From positions 1 to 32,247 of the IMG/VR virus record IMGVR_UViG_3300025632_000046: 32,247 nt of DNA. One strand, 5' to 3'. Position 1 is the first letter of the stretch, and every line of letters begins with the position of its first letter. Source of the stretch: a virus (taxonomy: Duplodnaviria; Caudoviricetes). Both the position numbers and the translations under genes were made by a program. Shown piece by piece: positions 1-8,650 of the stretch. The notes beneath the pieces are model-generated. The model was not told the origin of the DNA. It made no database searches and was given only the letters and a program-made list of their open reading frames with translations.

Positions 1-466
1 GTAGGATACGATTTGAGCTGTAGGTTTTCACCCCCCCCTCCCCATGAGCGGAGGTGCGACGGCCTGCCAGTTGGTCGGTCCGAGTTTTGATCGAGTGGCA
101 TGAGTGGCACAATGATTGACAATTGTTCGAATCAAATTTCTCGCCACCATCCTCAATCGCTTTGATGTGATCGACGTCGGTGGCGGGTGCGGTGCATTTG
201 GTATCCGAGCAGATTGGAAACTGCCGGAGGAACCATTTGCGAAAACCTCGCCAACGCGCCGAGCTATAAAAATATTTATTGGCCCGGTGATATTCGGATC
301 GATCACGGGGGCATACTTTTGGAACATGTTCGGCACAGAATCGCACGCCATTCGATGGAATCAACTCCGCGCAACTCAGGGCAGCGCAACGCTTTAACGG
401 CTGAGAAGCGTGGGGTTTCCCCTGCGTTTTTCCTATTTGCCGACACTTATGACACTTATTTTTCAT
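1..466 (-). CDS. HNH endonuclease, HK97 gp74-like; 3' end runs off the window
   Basis: Not in the ORF track because there is no stop in the window. Manual translation from ATG 466: MKNKCHKC...KRCAALSCAELIPSNGVRFCAEH...YSSARWRGFRKWFLRQFPICSDTKCTAPATDVDHIKAIEDGGEKFDSNNCQSLCHSCHSIKT. This is the CxxxxC / VDHI..GG..N.QSLCxxCH motif of cos-adjacent HNH proteins. Confidence 0.92.
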   Translation of the reverse strand, partial: MKNKCHKCRQIGKTQGKPHASQPLKRCAALSCAELIPSNGVRFCAEHVPKVCPRDRSEYHRANKYFYSSARWRGFRKWFLRQFPICSDTKCTAPATDVDHIKAIEDGGEKFDSNNCQSLCHSCHSIKTRTDQLAGRRTSAHGEGGVKTYSSNRIL

Positions 467-537
467 TTAGTTAGATGTAATATTAAGTAAATATATAGTG
501 AGTAGAGTTATGTTTTGCCGTCATATCCGTAGCCTAG
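430..537. other. Candidate replication origin
   Basis: Tandem GACACTTAT x2 (442-459) and CCGTCATATCCGTA (518-531) flank an AT-rich spacer directly downstream of the primase-helicase operon. Confidence 0.4.
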
Positions 538-1437
538 CTATCCAATCACAGAATGCGCCTGGTGATTATGTCGCTCTGCAGGGAGCCCTGCGAGACGAGC
601 GGGAAAAGATCCGACGTGCGAGGTGCCGACCAGGAAAGTGATCGGCCGCTTTCCGTAATTCTCCTCATATTCGGTGGCGATTTGCTTGGCGGCCTTGGCG
701 AGTGCTCCGATGGCTCCGATATAGATCGGCTCCTCACGTCGCACTCCTCGCCCAGGCTGGGGCTTACTCATTGACCCCGCGTGCGACATTCCTGACCCCT
801 TCCCCGCCGGAGGGGGTCGGGGGGAGGTGAGAGCGGCGGGCATCGCGCCGCCGGTGGCGAGACATCCTACCGACTCGGGCGAGCGGTTGTAGGCTAGCTT
901 TGCCGACCTGAGCCCGGACACGATATCTCCGGAGCTGATCGGCGGCGTGCAGCCCGCCGCCCATTCGTTTAAAATTACCCGCGCATTAGCCTCGGGTATG
1001 TCGAAACCTATGATCAGCGCCTTAGCGGCCTGCGTAGCCCGTGCGGTCGAGTCCGTGAATTTGCGCACTTTGGCTTTACCGCAGGCGGATCTTATCGATC
1101 GATTTAGTTCATCGAGCACCGCACTGCACGACTCATGGAAACACCGCAGCGTCGGAGCACCGTCTGGCATGAACTCACAATCACGCCGCGCTGATTTACC
1201 GTTGCTATGCATTGTTTGTCCTGGGCACGGCAGATAATAGCGGCCCGCATTGTCCGACGCTAAAGAGACATCGATGACACCCGAGGCGATATCGAGCACC
1301 TCAGAGCGGTCGAGCGGTGGTGCATACTCCACCACTCCCGCCCCCATTGGCGCTTTGCTGATCGTTTGCAGGTAGCGTTTCGCGTTGGTGGTCTTGTCGA
1401 GACGTGTGCGCATGCTGGATGGTGTTCGGTTACTCAT
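538..1437 (-). CDS. Primase-associated protein: Zn-binding-like domain plus PriCT-like helical domain
   Basis: LPCPG..MH...C...CFHESC cluster; EANARVILNEWAAGCTPPISSGDIVSGLRSA resembles PriCT-1; its start overlaps the stop of the primase-helicase. Confidence 0.55.
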   Translation of the reverse strand: MSNRTPSSMRTRLDKTTNAKRYLQTISKAPMGAGVVEYAPPLDRSEVLDIASGVIDVSLASDNAGRYYLPCPGQTMHSNGKSARRDCEFMPDGAPTLRCFHESCSAVLDELNRSIRSACGKAKVRKFTDSTARATQAAKALIIGFDIPEANARVILNEWAAGCTPPISSGDIVSGLRSAKLAYNRSPESVGCLATGGAMPAALTSPRPPPAGKGSGMSHAGSMSKPQPGRGVRREEPIYIGAIGALAKAAKQIATEYEENYGKRPITFLVGTSHVGSFPARLAGLPAERHNHQAHSVIG

Positions 1438-3448
1438 CGACGTAATCCTCCTCTTTTAGAAGTTTTATATGATTATACCCGCGCTGATCTTTACCATCGC
1501 GGCTGATCGAATTGCTTTTGTTGGTGCGGTAAAGCTCTAGCATAAGATCTGGCAGGGCTCGCTCAATTGAGCGATTCGGCATGGCATCCCAGCCACGTGA
1601 GTTACAAAATTCAACATAGGCTTTAACCAATTCTTCGCTCGTAACGTCTGAGCCTTTTTGTAGTCGCACACAGCGCCCCATGAATGAGCGGATCGAGTCA
1701 GATTCTTCGAGTAGATCCTGCACCAGATCGGACTGTCGATCGGAGAGCTGCATGCGGTCGCCCTGAAGGACGCGGATCGCGCCTTCAATCAACCAATTTA
1801 AAATGCCGGCACCTTCGTTTTCAAATAGCCAGCGCGCAAACTCAGGAATCGGTTTTTCTGGTCGCTCGCATTGGTAGGGCACGATCAATAAACGGCGGCT
1901 CCAGGCTGCGGCATCGGCATTTAAATCGAGTTTTAACCGGGAATTGCAGGTGATACCGATATTAAACTCTCCACGCATCGAAACTTTTTCCCGCACGCCT
2001 TTGACCTCGCCGCGAATCAGATCGCCACCGGTCAGTGATTTGATCACATACGCACCTTTCTGCATCAGGAAATGCCCCGGCACATCCGAGCCAAACAACG
2101 CAGTCGAGCCGATGTAGCTACCGAGCTCGAAACGCTCCAGCAGTTGCTCGGTGCGCAGCTGCTCGCAATTCTCCTCTCCGATCATGCGCTGGAACACCTC
2201 CAGCACCGTCGATTTACCGGCACCAGCGGCACCCGTTAGAATCATAAATTTCTGCGTCACATTCTTTTGGAGCAACATTTGACCACCCCAGCGCTGCAGC
2301 AGATCGGCATCCTCAGCAGGGAGCGCCCGGAGCAATAGATCAGTCATAAATTTAGGGCACTTGGCGCCGCCCTGATAGCTGACGGGAATTTGATTACGCG
2401 AATAGTAATAAGGCGAAAAAGCTTTTAACTTTGGCACCGCCGCAGTCAGATCGAGCATGCCGTTAAGCAGATGCACCAGTCCGAGGCGGATTTTAAACAC
2501 GCCGCGCTTCGCGGTGTAACCTTTGAGCCAGGTGATCACCGCGCCCAGCTTCGCGGCGCTCCGGAACTTCGTGCCGCGCAGCACCGGCAGCGACATATCA
2601 CGCGACACCTCGAGCATCATAGCCGCCAATTTGACCGCAATTTCTTGTTCACTAATATGATCCCAGCTGCCCGACTCGTCGTTGTAAAAATAAAACCGCT
2701 CTTCGTCGGCCTCGTAAATCACATGATAATGATATATAAAACGCCCCGCCCAATACGGCTCGCACATGGCTTTAATCTCCAACAGCTCACCGCCGGGCCC
2801 GATGTTAGCCGTCCACGGATCGCCAAAAACGACTTTTAGACGTTCGAGCCAATTATCCACCCAGGGAGTCAGCAGGCCAGCAGGCCATTCGATCTCACGG
2901 AAATACACCTCACGCACCGGCGACTCGTTAAACATCGAGTAATTACAGCCGCTCGGATGGGTACCATAAACGATCGATTGACCGCCATCGGCACGCCACT
3001 CGCCAAAGCACACCGGCACCTTCTCACCCGTGCCCGTCGTCGATTCGGTGTAACGGTCGCCAAATTTGAGCGGATAAAGTTTAGGCCAGCTATCCATGCC
3101 GCGCAGCTCAGCCTCTGAGTCACGCAAACAACGCACCCACACCTGCACGCCACGCTCGCCACGCGTGATCAATGTATCACGGAGCCCGGCGTTGAGCGTA
3201 AAAAATTCCTCCATCAGATCATCGTGATCGATATCGATCGCGCACAGACCGCCCGACGCCTCACCGAGCAATACCCCGACATTACCCTGCGCCAGCTGCG
3301 CCTGGTAGTTTTCGGATTGCGTGGCCTCGAACGTTGTCGACTGCCAGCCTTTCGCGACTGGAAATTTGGTACCTTTTCGCGACTGCAGCAGCACTGTCTC
3401 CGCACCCAGCAGAGAATAAATATTTTGTATATGCGCCGCGTAAACCAT
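1430..3448 (-). CDS. Bifunctional primase-polymerase plus P4/D5-type SF3 helicase
   Basis: Prim-pol motifs KFPVAKGWQ, NVGVLLG, AIDID, TRGERGVQVW; D5_N-like HLLNGMLDL; Walker A GAAGAGKST. Start placed at ATG 3448, 2 nt after the upstream stop, rather than 3559. Confidence 0.92.
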   Translation of the reverse strand: MVYAAHIQNIYSLLGAETVLLQSRKGTKFPVAKGWQSTTFEATQSENYQAQLAQGNVGVLLGEASGGLCAIDIDHDDLMEEFFTLNAGLRDTLITRGERGVQVWVRCLRDSEAELRGMDSWPKLYPLKFGDRYTESTTGTGEKVPVCFGEWRADGGQSIVYGTHPSGCNYSMFNESPVREVYFREIEWPAGLLTPWVDNWLERLKVVFGDPWTANIGPGGELLEIKAMCEPYWAGRFIYHYHVIYEADEERFYFYNDESGSWDHISEQEIAVKLAAMMLEVSRDMSLPVLRGTKFRSAAKLGAVITWLKGYTAKRGVFKIRLGLVHLLNGMLDLTAAVPKLKAFSPYYYSRNQIPVSYQGGAKCPKFMTDLLLRALPAEDADLLQRWGGQMLLQKNVTQKFMILTGAAGAGKSTVLEVFQRMIGEENCEQLRTEQLLERFELGSYIGSTALFGSDVPGHFLMQKGAYVIKSLTGGDLIRGEVKGVREKVSMRGEFNIGITCNSRLKLDLNADAAAWSRRLLIVPYQCERPEKPIPEFARWLFENEGAGILNWLIEGAIRVLQGDRMQLSDRQSDLVQDLLEESDSIRSFMGRCVRLQKGSDVTSEELVKAYVEFCNSRGWDAMPNRSIERALPDLMLELYRTNKSNSISRDGKDQRGYNHIKLLKEEDYVDE

Positions 3449-3450
3449 GC

Positions 3451-4176
3451 TTATCTTTCTAACGTTTTGAAGTTTTGAAGATTGCCCATCGCCTGCTCCA
3501 TAAAGCCCGGCTGCGGCACACCGTTGTCGATCTCCGGCGCACTCACCGTGCTCACCCACTGCCTAGACATTTGTTCCATGCACTGTTCGAAATAGGGATC
3601 CTCGTCATGCTCTACCCCCTCGACCAACAAACGGCGAAAACCCTCCATCTCATGCTGCGCACCGCGCAACGCATTATGCGGCACCGGCTCTTTATTGATC
3701 CCCAGCTCGGCATAAATATCATCCGAGGTAAAACCATCGGCCGCCATATCCAGCCCCAGCTCGAGCGCGTAGCCATACGCCAACGAATGCAGATCGATGC
3801 ACCGGCGCGACAGCACCGCACCGATCTCCAATCCCAGCAAGCCCGCCGGCCAATATTCTTTCAGCCATGCGTAATCAAATTGTGGATTTTTGCCGCCCAT
3901 GATCCACCGCTTCGAACCACCAGACAGCCAGCCACACAAATCGCACAGCGCCTCTTCAAAAGGAATACCCTCAGCCAGATCCAACGGATCCACACCATTG
4001 ACCGCCAACGCGCTACCCTCAACCCAGCGATCACGCTCCAGGCGCACCCGACGGTAAAAACAACGCCCCGACGCATCCGCAGCACCGATTTCTAAAAGCC
4101 CGCCCCGCCGCTCGTCGAAATCAGTCGTCTCGACATCGATCACAACAAAATTCTCAGGTAAATTTTTACACTGCAT
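3451..4176 (-). CDS. DEDDh-family 3'-5' exonuclease (DnaQ-like)
   Basis: ExoI VVIDVETT, ExoII GKNPQFD, ExoIII HNALRGA. Confidence 0.85.
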   Translation of the reverse strand: MQCKNLPENFVVIDVETTDFDERRGGLLEIGAADASGRCFYRRVRLERDRWVEGSALAVNGVDPLDLAEGIPFEEALCDLCGWLSGGSKRWIMGGKNPQFDYAWLKEYWPAGLLGLEIGAVLSRRCIDLHSLAYGYALELGLDMAADGFTSDDIYAELGINKEPVPHNALRGAQHEMEGFRRLLVEGVEHDEDPYFEQCMEQMSRQWVSTVSAPEIDNGVPQPGFMEQAMGNLQNFKTLER

Positions 4177-4177
4177 A

Positions 4178-4594
4178 TTAAGCGCCCTGCCTTTCTATTT
4201 GCTGGAACAACGGCGACGCATCCGCCGGCTCCTTTTTCAACAACGCAGCCTTGAGCAGGGCACGCAGCACCATACAGCTCGGCGCATCCTGGCTAAGTTG
4301 CGCCGCAGCCTTAAAAGAGAGATAAACAAATCCCGCATTGAGCATCGACTCGATCGAGCCGTTTCGGCGATACATCGCATCCGCATCCTTAGCCAGCAGA
4401 CGCTCGAGCAAATTATCGACCGCAGGCGTCCAATGATTCGCGGCGACCCCCAGCAGTGCGTTCGCATTCGCATCTACGAGGATAGCGACAGGCTCATCGC
4501 CGACCCATACTTTCATCACACGTGGCACAGGTGCCAACGGGCGGCTACGACTCCCCACATTCGGGGATGCATAATATTGATTTAATCCGAGCAT
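4178..4594 (-). CDS. Hypothetical protein
   Basis: 138 aa ORF packed 1 nt from the exonuclease start in the early operon. Confidence 0.7.
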   Translation of the reverse strand: MLGLNQYYASPNVGSRSRPLAPVPRVMKVWVGDEPVAILVDANANALLGVAANHWTPAVDNLLERLLAKDADAMYRRNGSIESMLNAGFVYLSFKAAAQLSQDAPSCMVLRALLKAALLKKEPADASPLFQQIERQGA

Positions 4595-4637
4595 TTGATA
4601 TTCCTTTTTTTGTTAGTTAGCGTTTCTTTAAAAAAAT

Positions 4638-4889
4638 TTAATATAGATCTTTACGCAGCGCCTTCATCTGCTGGAACCGCTCCTCATTGATTTGCGCGGC
4701 AGTCTTTCCGGGCGGTTTTCTGCGCCGACTAAATTGACCCAAAAGACTCAGCCCCTGTCGATACGAGCACGGCTCACCCAAACACGCCGCAATTTTACGC
4801 GCCTTTAACCGGATCCCGACCCCCTCGCCCAGCGGCTCTAAAATCTCCACGATCCTGGCACGCCGCCCTGCAGTTAGCTTCTTCTTCAT
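4638..4889 (-). CDS. Small basic hypothetical protein
   Basis: Start moved to ATG 4889 (MKKKLTAGRR), which forms an ATGA overlap with the upstream gene. Confidence 0.65.
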   Translation of the reverse strand: MKKKLTAGRRARIVEILEPLGEGVGIRLKARKIAACLGEPCSYRQGLSLLGQFSRRRKPPGKTAAQINEERFQQMKALRKDLY

Positions 4890-5140
4890 AGTCCAATCGC
4901 CTCCCGTTTGCGTTTCAATTCTAGGATATCCGCGCGCCAAAAGCGCTTTGTTCCCGGAATGTAAAATAAATCCCCCTCATCAATATGCCGTGTTTTAAAC
5001 GTTGGATAACAGATCCCTAACAGTTTAGCCGCATCCTGACCACTCACCCGAGGGTGCAGTTGCGCGTCTAATGCCGCCAAAACTTGTTGCGTCACCAGAT
5101 CCGCCATCGCATAATCACGCTCTGTTAGTACCACTCTCAT
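4886..5140 (-). CDS. Excisionase-like winged-HTH protein
   Basis: VSGQDAAKLLGICYPTFKTRHIDEG...KRFWRADI fits the Xis/HTH_17 pattern; ATGA overlaps on both sides. Confidence 0.7.
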   Translation of the reverse strand: MRVVLTERDYAMADLVTQQVLAALDAQLHPRVSGQDAAKLLGICYPTFKTRHIDEGDLFYIPGTKRFWRADILELKRKREAIGL

Positions 5141-5343
5141 CCCCTCACCTCCCCCTCATTTAAAACACCCGACTGGCGCATTTTAATATATAATTGCCGA
5201 CGCTCACGCCGATCGGCGCGGTATCCGCTCGCCCTTAACCACAAGGCCAAGCGCCCGCAAATCGTTTTGATTTTTGCCTCATCAAGCACCCACATTAGAA
5301 CAAAAAATTCTAAAATTAGTAAAACTGAGATTGTCCAGATCAT
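5137..5343 (-). CDS. Small membrane protein
   Basis: Start at ATG 5343; N-terminal hydrophobic helix MIWTISVLLILEFFVLMWVL followed by a basic tail. Confidence 0.6.
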   Translation of the reverse strand: MIWTISVLLILEFFVLMWVLDEAKIKTICGRLALWLRASGYRADRRERRQLYIKMRQSGVLNEGEVRG

Positions 5344-5383
5344 AACCCACCCCCGTCCAATCGCAACAGCGCGCGCCCTTGGC

Positions 5384-5707
5384 TCATAGTTGACCCTCCC
5401 GGCGGGCACCACGCATAGCCGAGCGGATTGATTGAGCCGGCCGACCCTGCGCCCGACGCAGATCATTTGACTCACCACACACGCCAGCACCACACACCAG
5501 CGACGCCGCCCCCCACAGGAAAAAAGCCAAACACACCGCGCCAGTGTCCTTTAATAATTGCAAAATTGCATGACGTATAAACTCACTCTTACTTTTAAAC
5601 CCCCGCATCGTCGCCTCCCGCCCGAGTTGCCTGTGCAACGCTTGCGGCATGTTTACCGACACATTATTCGTTCCTCGACCAATTGGATTTGTAGTTTTGT
5701 TGTTCAT
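5384..5707 (-). CDS. Ribbon-helix-helix (CopG/Arc-like) protein with hydrophobic C-terminal segment
   Basis: NVSVNMPQALHRQLGREATMRGFKSKSEFIRHAI is an RHH pattern, followed by AVCLAFFLWGAASLVCG. Confidence 0.8.
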   Translation of the reverse strand: MNNKTTNPIGRGTNNVSVNMPQALHRQLGREATMRGFKSKSEFIRHAILQLLKDTGAVCLAFFLWGAASLVCGAGVCGESNDLRRAQGRPAQSIRSAMRGARREGQL

Positions 5708-5871
5708 GGCTTTTTATCAGTTATTAAGAACTTATTAAGATCTTTACGAAGAATTGATCGGATCACAGTGCTAACAGTTTCGCCCTGCGCCTTGGCGACC
5801 CGCTGGAGATCGCGCTTCATCGCATTCGGTAGCTCTAAATTAATCCTGGCAATTGCGTTTTCTCTACTCAT
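5704..5871 (-). CDS. 55-aa ribbon-helix-helix protein in the Cro position
   Basis: Below the ORF-track cutoff. MSRENAIARINLELPNAMKRDLQRVAKAQGETVSTVIRSILRKDLNKFLITDKKP*; ATGA overlap with the next gene at 5704-5707. Confidence 0.85.
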   Translation of the reverse strand: MSRENAIARINLELPNAMKRDLQRVAKAQGETVSTVIRSILRKDLNKFLITDKKP

Positions 5872-5880
5872 TAGATGTGC

Positions 5881-5909
5881 AATATCTTAATAAGATAGCC
5901 CATTGTCAA
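5881..5909 (-). promoter_or_regulatory. Leftward (early) sigma70-type promoter overlapped by a palindromic operator
   Basis: Minus strand TTGACA (5909-5904), 17 nt spacer, GATATT (5886-5881), 9 nt before ATG 5871. Perfect inverted repeat TATCTTA-A-TAAGATA at 5883-5897. Confidence 0.7.
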
Positions 5910-5969
5910 GGAAATGTGTTTAAATTGTGTATTTTTTGCGTATAGTGTTAACCGAACCAATTAAAAACC

Positions 5970-6245
5970 ATGGCGACTAACGCAACAGGACAAGGCAAAT
6001 CAAGAATTTCACTAGTAGTCGATGATTCCCTAAAATCACGCATCGGCCGCAAAGCGCAGGCTAACGGGGTCTCGATGAATGCATACATCGAGCTCGCCAT
6101 CTCCGAAGCGCTTCGGCAGGGCATGAACACCGAGACCCGAGCAATTTATAAGCCTGATATCCAATCAGCCGAGCATACTGAATATGACACAAGACTTCTC
6201 AATGATTTAGAAACCAAACGAAAAACCGACAAAAAACAGGCATAA
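5970..6245 (+). CDS. Ribbon-helix-helix (Arc-like) protein in the repressor position
   Basis: SRISLVVDDSLKSRIGRKAQANGVSMNAYIELAISEAL; divergent from the early operon; TATAGT at 5941-5946 upstream. Confidence 0.82.
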   Translation: MATNATGQGKSRISLVVDDSLKSRIGRKAQANGVSMNAYIELAISEALRQGMNTETRAIYKPDIQSAEHTEYDTRLLNDLETKRKTDKKQA

Positions 6246-6270
6246 CGCCCACCACTCATTAGAAATAGGC

Positions 6271-6534
6271 CTAGTCTACTACTGCCACGGGATCTTCGCA
6301 AATACATAGACTCAGTTGCGCATCATTGGCGCGAATTAATTTAGCGCGCTGTAGACGTAACGCTTCCAATTCTAGTTCTAGTTGTTGATTCTCAGCCTCT
6401 GCTTGGTCGACATAATCAAGAATGCACGTAATTAAATGGCAGGTCCCCGTATCAGATTTACAAGACATATCGCAGCCATCAGAACGTTTGTTCAATCGGG
6501 CCGCCGCCGCTAACATTTTTAGGCCATCTGACAT
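6271..6534 (-). CDS. Hypothetical protein, Cys-rich with coiled coil
   Basis: 87 aa ORF filling the gap in the lysogeny region. Confidence 0.55.
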   Translation of the reverse strand: MSDGLKMLAAAARLNKRSDGCDMSCKSDTGTCHLITCILDYVDQAEAENQQLELELEALRLQRAKLIRANDAQLSLCICEDPVAVVD

Positions 6535-6599
6535 TAATCACCACCCAAACGTATAACATTTAAACGGCCAAGCAAAAAAGTATTCAAAAAAAAGTAAAA

Positions 6600-7085
6600 A
6601 TGAATAATCAAACAGTATCAAATAATAAACAAGTAATGATTCTTGCTTTCTCGTTTGGTTTAATTTGCCTAATCCTAACGCTTTTTAACCGTAGCGAAAA
6701 GGCCCCTTTAGCAGAGGGGGCCGAACAAACCTTACGGCAAAAAATCCGCAACATCACACTGTATGAGTCTGGCCAAATCGCCACCGGCGAAACCGTGTTA
6801 AATTTAACAATAGAGCACCGCCTCCTAGGTTTATTTTCCCCAGACCACGAAATTTACTGTAACGCCAGCCAAGTTTTTCGCACAGCCTACCCGCTGTTAC
6901 CAGACACCGACAGCATCGAGATCCAGTATGATCTCGAGTACAGCAACCCATACGGCGCAATCAGCCACCAGCCGCACTTAAGAATCGAGCTATCACGGCG
7001 CGACTACGCCCGCATCCAGTGGCAAACATTCAAAAGCAAAAACCTCCCTAAAATCGCAAACGTCACTCCACTCGCAAACCTCTAG
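6600..7085 (+). CDS. Membrane-anchored hypothetical protein (possible lysogen-expressed exclusion factor)
   Basis: TM helix VMILAFSFGLICLILTLF; position between switch and attP. Function inferred from position only. Confidence 0.65.
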   Translation: MNNQTVSNNKQVMILAFSFGLICLILTLFNRSEKAPLAEGAEQTLRQKIRNITLYESGQIATGETVLNLTIEHRLLGLFSPDHEIYCNASQVFRTAYPLLPDTDSIEIQYDLEYSNPYGAISHQPHLRIELSRRDYARIQWQTFKSKNLPKIANVTPLANL

Positions 7086-7147
7086 GCCGCATAAACGGTA
7101 CCAAATGATACCAAAAAACAGCCTACACCGCATAAATAAAAGGTTTT

Positions 7148-7200
<53 letters not shown>

Positions 7201-7206
7201 TTCTTT

Positions 7207-7240
7207 AGCCCGCGTTATCACTGATAGAGCGGGCTTCTTT
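7207..7240 (+). terminator. Intrinsic terminator restoring tRNA termination after integration
   Basis: AGCCCGC...GCGGGCT stem with inner TATCA/TGATA, followed by TCTTT. Confidence 0.75.
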
Positions 7241-7332
7241 GATTTTAAGCGACTGATTCAAATCTTCTCTTTTTTAAAAATATTTGGTTATTTATTTGAT
7301 TTTACATGCGTAAACGGTTCGTATGATACCAG

Positions 7333-8490
7333 ATGTCACGCCCTAGAAAAACTCGCATTCTTAAAATCGATGGTCGAAAAAAACCGCATCGGGTGATTTA
7401 CTGGGAGGGCGACGCTCGCAAAACGTTACATTTTGAAAAAAAAATTGATGCTCAGCTCTTTGCTCGTCAACACGGCTGGGAAACGTTTGACCCGGCGCTG
7501 GCGGTTTCGGCTGAGGAAAGGATCTTAATCGGCAAGGCGCGGGGCGCGGCCGCTGCTCTCGGAGTGGATGCAAATGCCATTTTCGAGGCCGGACTGAGGG
7601 CGATGCGGTCGACCGCCCGACAGGCTCCCCCGCTGGGAACCGCGATCAGAGCCTATATCGAGGCGGCCGAGCTGGCTGGCGGCCGACCTACGTCGCTGGC
7701 GAATTTGCAACGGTTTTTAGGATTTTTTGAGACAGTTGCAGGTTCTTCGGCACGGGTTGAGGATATCTCGGCCGTGATGGTCTCCAGGGCGGCACAGGCT
7801 CGGTACTCGAACGCGGAGAGCGTGCGCTCGTACATGGCCGTGACGATCGCGTTTTTTAGGTGGTGCGCGGACGCAGAGCGGCAATGGGCTGGCCCTGAGT
7901 GGTTTCTGCGCATCAAGTTGCGGACAGATAGAACCGATAAAGAGCGCGTCACGATCGCGGAGCCGGCACAGGTCGCTGAATTTATGGCTCACTGCCCGGC
8001 GCGGTATCAGCCGGGCTTTGCGATCCAATGGTTTGCGGGGGTGCGTCCTGAGGAAATGGTGCCGTCATATCGCCAGAAGGCGAGGCTAATGTGGAGCGAC
8101 ATCGATCTGGACGCTCGCACGATCCAGATCCGGGCGGCGGTCTCGAAAATCCGGCATCCGCGCTTGATCCATGACTGTTTTAATAATTTGTGGAGCTGGT
8201 TGGCAGCGGTTCCGGAGGCTGAGCGCACTGGCCAGGTGATGCCGATCAACCGTAACAATTTTAAAAAAATGCGCCGCGCGATTGCGGATAAATCGGGCTT
8301 GCCGACACCTTGGCCGCGCGATTTGCCGCGGCATTCATTCGGGACGTACTCGTTTCATCTTTTTGGATTGGAAACGACGATCAATAACACTGGCCACATG
8401 AGTGAGCCGAAAACGTTTTTTTCGCACTATAAAGGATCGACCATAAAAGCCGAGGCGATTGCTTATTCTAATATAGAGTGTCTCATCTAG
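7333..8490 (+). CDS. int: Tyrosine recombinase / phage integrase
   Basis: Box I FAGVRPEE, catalytic K in SKIR, box II DLPRHSFGTY, GH, catalytic Y in FSHY; adjacent to attP. Confidence 0.93.
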   Translation: MSRPRKTRILKIDGRKKPHRVIYWEGDARKTLHFEKKIDAQLFARQHGWETFDPALAVSAEERILIGKARGAAAALGVDANAIFEAGLRAMRSTARQAPPLGTAIRAYIEAAELAGGRPTSLANLQRFLGFFETVAGSSARVEDISAVMVSRAAQARYSNAESVRSYMAVTIAFFRWCADAERQWAGPEWFLRIKLRTDRTDKERVTIAEPAQVAEFMAHCPARYQPGFAIQWFAGVRPEEMVPSYRQKARLMWSDIDLDARTIQIRAAVSKIRHPRLIHDCFNNLWSWLAAVPEAERTGQVMPINRNNFKKMRRAIADKSGLPTPWPRDLPRHSFGTYSFHLFGLETTINNTGHMSEPKTFFSHYKGSTIKAEAIAYSNIECLI

Positions 8491-8542
8491 TTATTTTTGC
8501 AGTGTATTTGTAATCTTTCCCGCGTTTACTATTTAGATAAAT

Positions 8543-8609
8543 AAAAGCCCGCTCCATCTGGGTCATCCAAGCGACGTCATGCGTTGCCCGTAACCGTCAA
8601 GAGCGGACT
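8543..8609 (-). terminator. Long hairpin ending the tail operon
   Basis: Minus strand AGTCCGCTC...GAGCGGGCT followed by TTT, between the convergent int and tail-tip genes. Confidence 0.5.
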
Positions 8610-8650
8610 CCTGAAGTGATTCAATATCCCCATTTAGGGGCCAGAGCTAG

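Noticed and set aside
28-474. ORF-track calls 28..351, 116..397 and 187..474
   Set aside because: They are shadows of the HNH gene, which lies in a different minus-strand frame.
7333-8490. Integrase as the IntI serving the cassette array
   Set aside because: It sits beside a tRNA attP about 17 kb from the array, and I see no IntI-specific insertion between boxes I and II; it looks like an ordinary prophage integrase.
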